Shown: positions 44,531 through 54,200 of the stretch, in pieces | Position numbering within the stretch: the first letter of the stretch is position 1 | How the letters are laid out: the number at the start of each line of letters is the position of its first letter | Source of the DNA: a virus | Lineage: Duplodnaviria; Heunggongvirae; Uroviricota; Caudoviricetes | Strand: one strand, 5' to 3' | DNA length: 64,000 bases | Virus record (IMG/VR): IMGVR_UViG_3300034126_000013 | The notes under the pieces: generated by a model | Database searches by the model: none | The model's input: only the letters and a program-made list of their open reading frames with translations | What the model was told of the DNA's origin: nothing | Position numbers and translations under genes: made by a program

Positions 44531-44832
44531 TAATAATACCCATAAAAGATTCTACAGTTGGCTGCGAAATAACCCCAACCACTTGTAGAGAATGAATAAC
44601 TCCAAGATAAACTACCGTTAGTTTGAGTAACACCCGGCTTTTTACCCTTCTCTGATTGCAGATCAACTAAAGGCATGACAATGTAGAACGGTGTTTTACC
44701 AGAAGGGACAACAGGGATACCAATCGCCCCGTTGCCACCACCTGTATCAACATAGCCAACTAGTTGGCTAATATTCATTGTCATATCTAAAGTTACTCGA
44801 CCTGATGTGTCTCGAATAACTAAACCTGTCAT
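44530..44832 (-). CDS. hypothetical structural protein (100 aa)
   Basis: ORF track; 4-nt overlap with J. Confidence 0.4.
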   Translation of the reverse strand: MTGLVIRDTSGRVTLDMTMNISQLVGYVDTGGGNGAIGIPVVPSGKTPFYIVMPLVDLQSEKGKKPGVTQTNGSLSWSYSFSTSGWGYFAANCRIFYGYY

Positions 44833-47800
44833 AAGCTCAAATCAATCCCTAATACGCCATTGGCATGGAAGAATCTCAGATAGCTATTTGTCAGGTTCAT
44901 TCGACCTGTACCACCTGAGCCGTTCATTTCAAAGTAACCATCCTTTCGAATGTACCATCCTCTCTGTTGGTAAACCCAATCATCTGATTGAATTACGTTA
45001 CCAATCATCGCGTTAGTAATCCAACCGTTACCGATCAATGCTTGTGAGATAAATACCTGACCACCCTGTACAACGAATGGTGCAGTAGTTGTGGTTGTTG
45101 TACCATTTACTACAGCGAATCTATCGGCACGAACAAGGAACTGCGACTGTAAACCGGCTGGTCCATTTTCGATACCAAGACCGATACCTGCTGCAACATA
45201 TTGACCATTTGAGTTAACTTCCATCTTGAGTGTCCAAGCTGTGCTAACTTTACCATCAATTGTAGCGATTGCTGTTGACTGTTGTTGAATCGAAGCCGTG
45301 TTAGTACCAACAGTAGCTGTAACAGTATCAATACGTTGACCCAAAGCACCATCAGCAGTCGTCCTTGCCGTTACTTCTGATTGGACAAGAGCATTAACAC
45401 GCTGTGTTTCAATAAGAGAGTTTGCTGTAACTGTGTCTATACGCTGACCTAAAGCACCGTCAGCATTAGCACGTACTGTTGCCTCACTAGTGATTGCAGC
45501 AGCTACATCCTCATTTACTTTAACCTCAAGTGCTGTAATTCGAGTAGCAGTTGCTTCTTCATTAGTTGCAACAACTGTAGTAAGGTCTGTTACACTCGCT
45601 TTAACACCGTTCAACTCAGCACTATATCTTACTAACTCTTGTGCGAAAGCTTCATCAGCATTAGCCCGTACAGTACGTTCTTCTGTAATCTGTGCACGTG
45701 AATTCCAACCAGAAATAGCATCTTCCTGTTCACCTACACCGTCATCATCTCGGAACTGAGCCTGAATCGTTTCCAGAGAGGTTACTGTAGAAGTTACAAG
45801 ACCATCTAACTCCTCAATATTGAGTTCGACTACATCAATACGACTAGCAAGACCGTTAGCAGTTTCTAGAATCTCGCCAATGTCTTTCCAGTAAAGCTCA
45901 TTAGGTGGTGTTGCATTAATTGGTACATTGCCTTGAGCTTGATAAAGCTTTTGACCTTGGCGAACTACTTCACCTTTTACATAAGTCTTTTCTGGATCGT
46001 AAACCAAAGCATCTGTAATGTTTGAAATTTGACTCTCAAGATCAGTTACGGCATTCTCAAGTCTTTCGTTAACACTACCCGGCCCATTTCCATCAACCAA
46101 TTCTATACGATCATAGAGCTGTTTGTCAAGAGCTGTACCAGAAATAAGTCCAGCAAAGTAATCATTGTACTGTCCGTTGTCGTTAATAGCACTACTACCA
46201 AGGATACCCATTTCATCATCAAATGGAAACCAAGGACCAATGTTACCAGTTCGATCATGCAAACGACACCAGAACCACAATCGCTTACCAGCAGACAGAC
46301 CATGAATTTCATGTGCGTTGATTGGATAAGCAAAGTCACCTAAAGGTATTGCACTGAAGAATGACTCGTTCTCACTGTACCTAAACTCTGTTCGAAGTGT
46401 ATCTTCCGCATATGGTGGGAAAGTCCAATCAAGACGAATACCGAAGATCAAAGGTGTTGCAACCAGAGATGTAACCCGAGGTGGTGCACCAACTTTACCT
46501 TCGAGTCGTGTAAGTAGTGAGTTAGTCCAAATAGACTTAATACCAATAGCGTTTATAGCACGGACACGTGCAACGTACTGACCAGTGTAAATACCACGAA
46601 TACTTACTTGATTTGTACCTACAGTTCCAGCATTTACCCAATCATTATTATCGGATCGCCATTGTACTTCGTATGCTACAGCGTTATCTGTAACACCCCA
46701 TCGAATATCCATTACACTGATTGACATGGTTTGTTCAATGTAGCTATAAGATGATACAGTCACTGTTGCTGGTGGTGCTTGAATACCGGGTGGAACAACA
46801 CTTACCGGACGTGGCTCAAGACGCGCACCATTATCGATTGCATTGTATTTGCTATCGTTGTACTCTACTGCTTCAATCTCGTATACACTTTCATTAGGGG
46901 ATGATACTTTTGTAACTCGGAACAATTGAGACTTAAGATCAGCTACTTCAAGATACCATACAGCATTTGGTTCAGGAAGCTCTGTGTATGGAAGCTGAAC
47001 AGTTACAACATTACCAAATACCGAATCGATTGTACGACCTTCAGTAATACCGTTCTTACGAGTCATATACAGGATGTCACCACTCTTACCATCAACATCA
47101 CGATCAAGAGTAATTACACGACCTACTGCCGCTTTAATACGACCTGTAAATGGACGACCACCGATAAGTGGGTCAACTACATGGATCAACTTACCGGGCA
47201 TTACCTCACCGTTCATACCCTGCAAACCAGTACGGAATGTAACAGTACGATTATACATGTTTGTAATTAGTGTGTATTTACCACGACGTTGTGCTTCACC
47301 ACGAGAAGTACATCCGATAGCATTAAGTTCTGTCTGTCTGTCACCTCCCCATCGTAGGATTTCAGAGGTTTCAAATGTCGCCTCTACCTCAGTGTTATAA
47401 TGGTTCGTTGGTTCATCATACGACACTAGGGCGCTTGTATAGATTGATTTATCATCAGATGCAGCATAGTCAAAACGACCGTTGGCAACGTTAGATCGGG
47501 AGAAGATCGGAGCGTTATTGAATGGTTCACGTTTATCAGCTATAGCGACAAATTGATTACCATTCCAGTAAGTCATACCATTGAAAATAGAAGCAAGGTC
47601 ACGAAGAACCTGCCAAGCATCGTTCTTCTCTTGAATATAAATATTACAAGTATGACGTGGTTCTTTACGACCAGAACCTGTACCGTCATCGACTAGAACG
47701 TCACAGTATTGAGCAACCTCATAAAGAGCATACTTGTCAACCATGTTAAGAGTTACTTTGTTACCTAAACCAAAACGATCTTGTGTTAGGATATCGTGGT

Positions 47801-48656
47801 AAATCCAAGCTGGGTTATCAGACCATGCATATTTAAATGCACCATTCCAAACACCACTGTATGTTCTAGTCTCTGGGTCATAGTTATTTGGTACACGAAT
47901 AAGACGACCACGCGTTTTAACGGATACACGTGGGATAGCACCACCACCAAACAATCGACTATCAAATTCAAGATAGATCAAAGCAGTATTTGGGTAACGC
48001 TGCTTTGCATCAACAACTTCAGCAATACTTTGAATGGTCATCGTGTCTTGGATAGTGCTTGCTTCACTATCAACTGTAAGCTTGGTAGCTCGGATAGTCC
48101 AACCAGTTGCAGATGGATTTAAATTAACACGATGAGTACGACTATAACCAGCATTCGTTTTACCATTTACGTTGTAGCGCTGATACTCGATGAATGGACC
48201 GCCATCTGTAGAAACTTCAATCTTATAATCAATCGAATAACCAACAGTGTCACCATTCGCTTTCTGTTCAAGAAGCGCAGGCCAGTTAAATGTTACACGA
48301 ACAGCATCAATCTGGTTCTGTGTAATCTGGCGAACCCAAGGTGTACCTGATTTCAGTTCAATACCAACGTTGTATTCTGTTGATACTTCTGGTAAACCTT
48401 GGATGTATGTCTGGTCAACCGTACCGTTACGCCATTCCCATTTAACACCACCAAAGTTAAGAGAACCATCAGAGTTAGCCAATGGTGTACCGTCAAGGTA
48501 GATATCCTTAGCAGTTGGTTGACCAGCAAGCTCACCCTCAGCCACAGCAATCAGGACTTTCGCATAAGCAACAGATATCAAGTTGTTAGGTGTTTCAACA
48601 GGGGTATGTGCTTTTGGTTCACCACCTTTACCACCCTGAATTGGATAATCAATCAT
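44829..48656 (-). CDS. J: tail tip / host specificity protein, lambda J homolog (1275 aa)
   Basis: Direct similarity to lambda gpJ: N-term GGKGGEPKAHTPVETPNNL..VAEGEL; KQRYPNTALIYLEFDSRLFGG; FLVRADRFAV. Confidence 0.85.
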   Translation of the reverse strand: MIDYPIQGGKGGEPKAHTPVETPNNLISVAYAKVLIAVAEGELAGQPTAKDIYLDGTPLANSDGSLNFGGVKWEWRNGTVDQTYIQGLPEVSTEYNVGIELKSGTPWVRQITQNQIDAVRVTFNWPALLEQKANGDTVGYSIDYKIEVSTDGGPFIEYQRYNVNGKTNAGYSRTHRVNLNPSATGWTIRATKLTVDSEASTIQDTMTIQSIAEVVDAKQRYPNTALIYLEFDSRLFGGGAIPRVSVKTRGRLIRVPNNYDPETRTYSGVWNGAFKYAWSDNPAWIYHDILTQDRFGLGNKVTLNMVDKYALYEVAQYCDVLVDDGTGSGRKEPRHTCNIYIQEKNDAWQVLRDLASIFNGMTYWNGNQFVAIADKREPFNNAPIFSRSNVANGRFDYAASDDKSIYTSALVSYDEPTNHYNTEVEATFETSEILRWGGDRQTELNAIGCTSRGEAQRRGKYTLITNMYNRTVTFRTGLQGMNGEVMPGKLIHVVDPLIGGRPFTGRIKAAVGRVITLDRDVDGKSGDILYMTRKNGITEGRTIDSVFGNVVTVQLPYTELPEPNAVWYLEVADLKSQLFRVTKVSSPNESVYEIEAVEYNDSKYNAIDNGARLEPRPVSVVPPGIQAPPATVTVSSYSYIEQTMSISVMDIRWGVTDNAVAYEVQWRSDNNDWVNAGTVGTNQVSIRGIYTGQYVARVRAINAIGIKSIWTNSLLTRLEGKVGAPPRVTSLVATPLIFGIRLDWTFPPYAEDTLRTEFRYSENESFFSAIPLGDFAYPINAHEIHGLSAGKRLWFWCRLHDRTGNIGPWFPFDDEMGILGSSAINDNGQYNDYFAGLISGTALDKQLYDRIELVDGNGPGSVNERLENAVTDLESQISNITDALVYDPEKTYVKGEVVRQGQKLYQAQGNVPINATPPNELYWKDIGEILETANGLASRIDVVELNIEELDGLVTSTVTSLETIQAQFRDDDGVGEQEDAISGWNSRAQITEERTVRANADEAFAQELVRYSAELNGVKASVTDLTTVVATNEEATATRITALEVKVNEDVAAAITSEATVRANADGALGQRIDTVTANSLIETQRVNALVQSEVTARTTADGALGQRIDTVTATVGTNTASIQQQSTAIATIDGKVSTAWTLKMEVNSNGQYVAAGIGLGIENGPAGLQSQFLVRADRFAVVNGTTTTTTAPFVVQGGQVFISQALIGNGWITNAMIGNVIQSDDWVYQQRGWYIRKDGYFEMNGSGGTGRMNLTNSYLRFFHANGVLGIDLSL

Positions 48657-48669
48657 TTATTTCTCCTAA

Positions 48670-49281
48670 TTATTGTTGATCTTCAGATACGATACCTGCT
48701 GATACAACAGCACCACCAACCTCCCTATATCCGTAGAAAACAGGAACTGGTTGACCTTGTGCTGTTGTGTTAACTGGTCCACCGAATGCATACGAAGCTT
48801 CGTTCTCAACATCTGATTTTGTTTTTAAACCATCCGCTTTAGGCGCTAACAGTTGTGTAATACCACCGATTGCCAGCGATACAGCAATAGATGTTGCAAT
48901 TGCAGCAGATGCAGAACCAGCAGCAAACCAACCACCTGCACCAAAACCAGCAGCACCACCTGTATAAACAGTAGCGACGATGATTGCAGCTACCGCAATA
49001 AGAGTAAGTGCACCATTCTTACCACCGCTATACTTAGGAATGAGTCGAACAATCTTTGGTTGACCCATCTGTAATTGTGCAATATTTGTAATGTCACGTT
49101 TCTCTGTTCGAATAGCAAACTTAATGCCTTTATTTTCAGCAGAACGAAATGCTTCATCAAAACCCGGAACCTGCATTAACATAGCTCTAATTGCTTCAGC
49201 CGGGGTATTTACTAGAAACTTATGATTACCATATTTCTTCAGATAACCACCGGGGCGAACTTCAATCCATGTCTCAGACAT
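48670..49281 (-). CDS. I: tail assembly protein, lambda gpI homolog
   Basis: C-terminal Gly/Ala-rich segment ..AIGGITQLLAPK (lambda ..LGGVAQMLAPK). Confidence 0.75.
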   Translation of the reverse strand: MSETWIEVRPGGYLKKYGNHKFLVNTPAEAIRAMLMQVPGFDEAFRSAENKGIKFAIRTEKRDITNIAQLQMGQPKIVRLIPKYSGGKNGALTLIAVAAIIVATVYTGGAAGFGAGGWFAAGSASAAIATSIAVSLAIGGITQLLAPKADGLKTKSDVENEASYAFGGPVNTTAQGQPVPVFYGYREVGGAVVSAGIVSEDQQ

Positions 49282-50077
49282 TTGTTAACTCCTTATGTCT
49301 CAAAATCATTCTAGTCCGTTGTTGCCATGGACCACCATACACAATAACATCACTCTTTCTGTCATACATATGATGGAACATTAAAGTCTTACCATATAAT
49401 TGACGACCTTCAAACTCACTAACCTCACCAAGATAAACACCAGCGTGGTTAGGATGGAATGTGCGACCACATTGCATGATGATCAAATCACCCGGTTGCA
49501 AGTCATGAACTTCATAGAAACCAGCCTTTGCATACTCCTCTTCATAAAACGAGTATGTATCTTTCTGTTCCCACCATCTATCCTCACGAACATACTTAGG
49601 GAACTCAAGACCATGATAACGCTTATAGTAAGCTTCACATGCTGCCCAGCAATCCCAAACACCATGTACAAATGGTCTGTCTAGCAAGCTTTCAGTTACT
49701 TCTGGAATAACCTGACGATAATCACCTTCAGGCCAACTAACGATGTGCCAAGGCACCGGAGCGCTCTCTGGTTCAACGATAAGTTGTACTTCATAGTTCC
49801 GGTTCATTACCGCTGTGTCGTATCCTGACGGTCTTGTGGTGCCGTCTGGATGAGAATGTACAATGCCAACGACCGTACCGAAGTCTTCAGCTTCTGCGTA
49901 AGATAACGGGCAAATTTCAAACTCAGCGTTTTTATCTTTTGCGATGTTGACACAACGGACATACTTTTCCCCTTTCTCAGTAATTACGACGACACCACAA
50001 ATCTCTTGAGGATAACCCTCTTCAGCATGTTTCATGATGTCTTTCATTGTTTTTGCTTTTAGCTTCTTAGGAATCAT
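49274..50077 (-). CDS. K: tail assembly protein, lambda gpK homolog (MPN/JAB + NlpC/P60-like)
   Basis: HAEEGYPQEICGVV..FEICPLSYAEAEDFG..VHSHPDG parallels lambda K HAREEYPRESCGLV..VHSHPGG. Confidence 0.8.
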   Translation of the reverse strand: MIPKKLKAKTMKDIMKHAEEGYPQEICGVVVITEKGEKYVRCVNIAKDKNAEFEICPLSYAEAEDFGTVVGIVHSHPDGTTRPSGYDTAVMNRNYEVQLIVEPESAPVPWHIVSWPEGDYRQVIPEVTESLLDRPFVHGVWDCWAACEAYYKRYHGLEFPKYVREDRWWEQKDTYSFYEEEYAKAGFYEVHDLQPGDLIIMQCGRTFHPNHAGVYLGEVSEFEGRQLYGKTLMFHHMYDRKSDVIVYGGPWQQRTRMILRHKELTNV

Positions 50078-50078
50078 A

Positions 50079-50825
50079 TCAACCTCTTGCGATTAGGCTA
50101 CTGGCGATAAAGCCACCAAAAGGAAGTGGTTGATCAGCACCAAAGCGGAGTTTACAGTCAAGGCATAAACCACCACATTTGTCTAATGCAGGGTCATCAG
50201 TTGGAACACCTTTATCTGTGAAGTAGTTTACACCGGTATAACCACAGTCTGGACCACGATAGTTACCATTCATTGCCCAGTGACATACAGAGTAGATTTG
50301 ACGACGTGGTAGTTTCTGACCAGTGAAGTCAGCAGGTGAAGATAGTTCAAATGTAATTGCAGATTGGTTCTCTGCACTTTTACGAGTGATGTACCAGTTT
50401 TGCGTAAACTCCATTGTATCATCTGGATCATCACCATCAGGTAAGTATTCACGGAATGTAATATGCTCAGTTACTTTTGCACCGAACAAGTTTTGCAGAA
50501 GAAGACAGATTGCACTGATCGATCCATCAATGTTTGCTACATCAAGGCTTGGTTGTGGACTCTTACCTGTACCATCCCACTCAATACCTTGAAGTTGATA
50601 AGGCCACGCCGTATACTCTTCACCCTGCCAAACAATCTTCTTCGGTGGAATCTCATCAACTTGGTCAAGTTGAAACTGAGCTAACTCTTCTGATGTGTAA
50701 TCAACATTGTAGTTATGGAATCGCAGGATAGACCCACCAAACGATGTGCAGTCAACCTCAATTAAACGTATTTTTGCACCTGCTTCAAGCTTCTGAAGTT
50801 TTTCTAGAATTGGTGTGTTAGCCAT
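50079..50825 (-). CDS. L: minor tail protein, lambda gpL homolog
   Basis: IVWQGEEYTAWPYQLQGIEWDGTGKSPQPSLDVANIDG and C-terminal Cys cluster DKCGGLCLDCKLRFG..FGGF match lambda L. Confidence 0.8.
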   Translation of the reverse strand: MANTPILEKLQKLEAGAKIRLIEVDCTSFGGSILRFHNYNVDYTSEELAQFQLDQVDEIPPKKIVWQGEEYTAWPYQLQGIEWDGTGKSPQPSLDVANIDGSISAICLLLQNLFGAKVTEHITFREYLPDGDDPDDTMEFTQNWYITRKSAENQSAITFELSSPADFTGQKLPRRQIYSVCHWAMNGNYRGPDCGYTGVNYFTDKGVPTDDPALDKCGGLCLDCKLRFGADQPLPFGGFIASSLIARG

Positions 50826-50834
50826 ACATACTCC

Positions 50835-51179
50835 TTAAATTTTTGCTGCTGAATAACTCTTAACAAATGTAGCTGTGATAGTGTAAAGACCACCACCAAT
50901 CTCAGTCGGTTTAGGATCGACACATGTGTATAGAGATACATCACCAAGAGGTGGTGTCCAAAAGAAACTCTTCCAACCTTGATGTTCATCAAAGAAGTTC
51001 ATTATTTCTTTTGCTTCTTTCTTGTAGGCATGAACCGTGATCGCATATTGTTCAAGTCTTGTATTAACACCTTCCGTAGACGTTTGTTTATATCCGTCAC
51101 CGAACTGTGAGGTGATGACCTGATATTCAAGTGTGGGTTGCACGTCTCTTTCTACTTTCCAATTGAAAGTTCTAATCAT
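50835..51179 (-). CDS. M: minor tail protein, lambda gpM homolog (start MIRTFNWKV)
   Basis: FNWKV..QFGDGYKQ..HQGWKSFFWTPP matches lambda M; ORF 50835..51227 trimmed to ATG with GGAGG RBS. Confidence 0.75.
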   Translation of the reverse strand: MIRTFNWKVERDVQPTLEYQVITSQFGDGYKQTSTEGVNTRLEQYAITVHAYKKEAKEIMNFFDEHQGWKSFFWTPPLGDVSLYTCVDPKPTEIGGGLYTITATFVKSYSAAKI

Positions 51180-51202
51180 TTTACCGTCCTCCAAAATAAA
51201 AA

Positions 51203-51224
51203 CAGGGAAGCCGAAGCCTCCCTG
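51203..51224 (-). terminator. hairpin + U-run between tape-measure and M genes
   Basis: cagggaagccgaagcctccctg then minus-strand UUUUUAUUUU; lies just downstream of P7 start site. Confidence 0.4.
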
Positions 51225-51235
51225 CAATGTTCACT

Positions 51236-51265
51236 ATTCTACAACGATTTTCTTGTTTTTGTCAA
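51236..51265 (-). promoter_or_regulatory. sigma70-type promoter P7 (TTGACA-N18-TAGAAT) inside tail operon
   Basis: Minus strand gtcTTGACAaaaacaagaaaatcgttgTAGAATag. Confidence 0.45.
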
Positions 51266-51276
51266 GACCTTATATA

Positions 51277-54200
51277 TTAACCTTTTGACAACTGACCACC
51301 CGGACGGGATTCAGTGTTGATTACTGAGTACACTTCAGTACGAACAAATGCACCAAGATCAGTACCGAATTGGTTCCATGCAGGCTCATCACTCTGCGAC
51401 TTGCTACCACTTTCACTCACTTGAACACTAACGTTTACAATAGTGGCACTACTTCCACCACCACCACCGCCACCCAAAGCACGAATACCAAGGTCGCCAT
51501 TACGAGTTCTAGCCAGAGGTACAATTGCTTCATCACCTGCTTCACCCATGATACCACGCGAACCATTAGCCATACCAAAAGACGTTGGACTAGATACAAC
51601 AGAGTTCGTGAATGCACCACCGTTTGCAAACATCTGAGTACCACCAGACCACGCACCACCCTTCGCTTGGAAGTATTGGGATGAGTAACCAGCCTGAGAT
51701 GCACCAAGTGTAGAGGATGTAGCACCAGCAGAACCAGCAGCAAATCCATTTGCACCGCCACCACCAAAGTACGTACTAGCAGCCGAAGCAGCAACACCAA
51801 GGATACCACTAAGGGCACCGGATGCAGCTTGACGGGCAGCAATCTTAGCCAAGTCAGCGAGAATGCTTGTAGTGAAAGAACGGAAGTTGAAAGTACCAGT
51901 TGTCACAAATGTCGCAAGTGCATCACCAGCAGATTCAAACGTACCGGTCAAAGCAGACTGAAGAGAACCAGCAAAATTCATACCGACATCTTGAGCATCT
52001 TCAATAGCAGCAGTGAAACCATTAGTCCAATCATAGTTAGCAGCTTGGATGTCTTTATCATTCTGGATGATTTGAGCAGCCAGTTCATTATGACTTTTCT
52101 CCAAGTCTTTCAACTTAGCAGCATACTCGGCAGGATCACCATTATCAGCCAATGCCTCAGACAGACGACGTTGTGCACGATTGAAAGAACGATCATTTGC
52201 ACCAAGTGCCTGATTCACACCAGCTTGACGACTACCTCGACCAACACCATCAGCACTACGTGCACCCTGATCACTCAAAGATTCTAACTGAGCATCAAGA
52301 GAAGCTTTATATGCTGCGATGTTACGAGTACGAGTGGCAACACGACCATCTTCTTTTGACTGCAATTGATCAAGACGACGATCCAGAGTTTCAAGTGTTG
52401 TAACACGTTCTGTTTCAGCGCGCGTTAGTTGGTTAGAAAGCGATACGGTCTGAGCATTAGAGTTACCCTTACGTTCCTGAAGTGCTTTGATTGCAACTTC
52501 TTGTGAATTAAAGGAATCTTCTACAGCTTTACGTTGTGCTTCAAGAATTGCTTTCTGAGAATAATAAGTAGCTTGCTCAGAAACAAGACCAGCTTCACCA
52601 ATCGAGGTAACCCGCTTATAGTGGTTTTCATACTCGTTCTGAATAATCTTCAGATCACTACGAACTTCCTGTACATTAGTTGTATCAAGAGCACCTGCTG
52701 GTTTATTAGCCTTCTTCGCAGCCTGTTCTTTTGCTTCATCTAAACGACGTTGTGCACCGGAACGGTTTACATCAATTAACTTTTGCTCTTCAGCCGTAAC
52801 CTGACGGTTAGCAGCAGCAGCACCTTGCTTGATACGAATTGCATCACGCTCAACTAGGTTCAATGCCTCTTGAGCACGTGCTACGGAATCAAGATACAGA
52901 CTACGGTTACCCTCAAGTCGAGAAGTAGCGCTAACAGCAAGTTGACGATTACGCTCAGTCTGTGCTTCTTGCTCAGCACCGTAGTTTTCATACTCAATAC
53001 GTGTACGCAGTGCTTGAATTTCTTTATCAATGTCAGCAACACGTTTTGAAGTACCCTCATCAGGACCAATACCGATTAAAGCACGAGTCTTATTAGGTAA
53101 CTCAGCGTTTTCACGTTGACGATACAATTCTTTCAAACGATCGGCAGTTGTATCAACACGACCTAACTTGAAGAACTCATCAATTACTTCAGATACACCA
53201 TCTTTCAGACCCTTAAGTGTTTTACCAACAACGTTAAGTTGATCAACCATTCGTTGTGCAGCATTCTCAGTTGCCGTTGCCAACTCACCTTGTAACAATG
53301 TGGTGGCTTCAAACTCTTTACCAGCAAGGACCAATGCACCAGCCTGAGCTAACACAGAGGATGTAAGGAACTTGTACTTTTCATCAAGAGCAACGGCAGC
53401 TTTTACTGGGTCTTTACCAAGAGAAGCAAAGTCACCAATAATGTCTTTCAATGCAGTGCCTGTAGCACGTTGGAATGCAATAGCAGCAGTGGCTACTTGT
53501 TCAAATACATCACCAGAGATTTTACCACTAGCATTAATCAATGTAAGTGCTTCAGCAGCAATACGGGCAGTACCACGAACATCATCAAGACTGTCACGAA
53601 GTTGTGAGAACTTACTTGCTGAAACACCAGCAAAACCATTCGTTAGAATAGTTGATTGGTTGAATGCAATCAGTTCTTTTGCACCTTGTTGAGCAGCAAC
53701 ACCTAAACCTAACAATGCGCTACCAATAATAACTGTTGGATTCAACAAACTAACCAGACCAGTAGCCAAACCTTTCAGTGCAGGAACAACACCACCGAAA
53801 ACGTCCTTCAACTGACCACCTTGTTGCAGCAATACAGTAAGAGGAGCTTGACCACCTTGCAGGGAAACCACGATATCCGTAATCTGTGCAGGAACTTGAC
53901 GAAGTGCTTGTGCATCTTGCTTAGCCGAGTTACCACTTTTACGACTAGCATCTGCGCGACGTTCAATTTCTTTACGCTCAGCAGCAATAGCTTCAGTAGC
54001 TGCTTTATGTTGTGCAATCTGTTGTTCACCAATTACACGACCTTGTGCTTGAGCCGCTTGCAATGCCTTCTCAGCCTCGGCTAAGTTACGCAATTGAGAG
54101 TTATATGGAAGCAGTCGGTCAATAGCAGCTTGATACCTAGCAGCCTGACTCTGTTCACTGTTTGGTTGAGCAGCACGTACAGCATCAAGTGCCTGACGTT

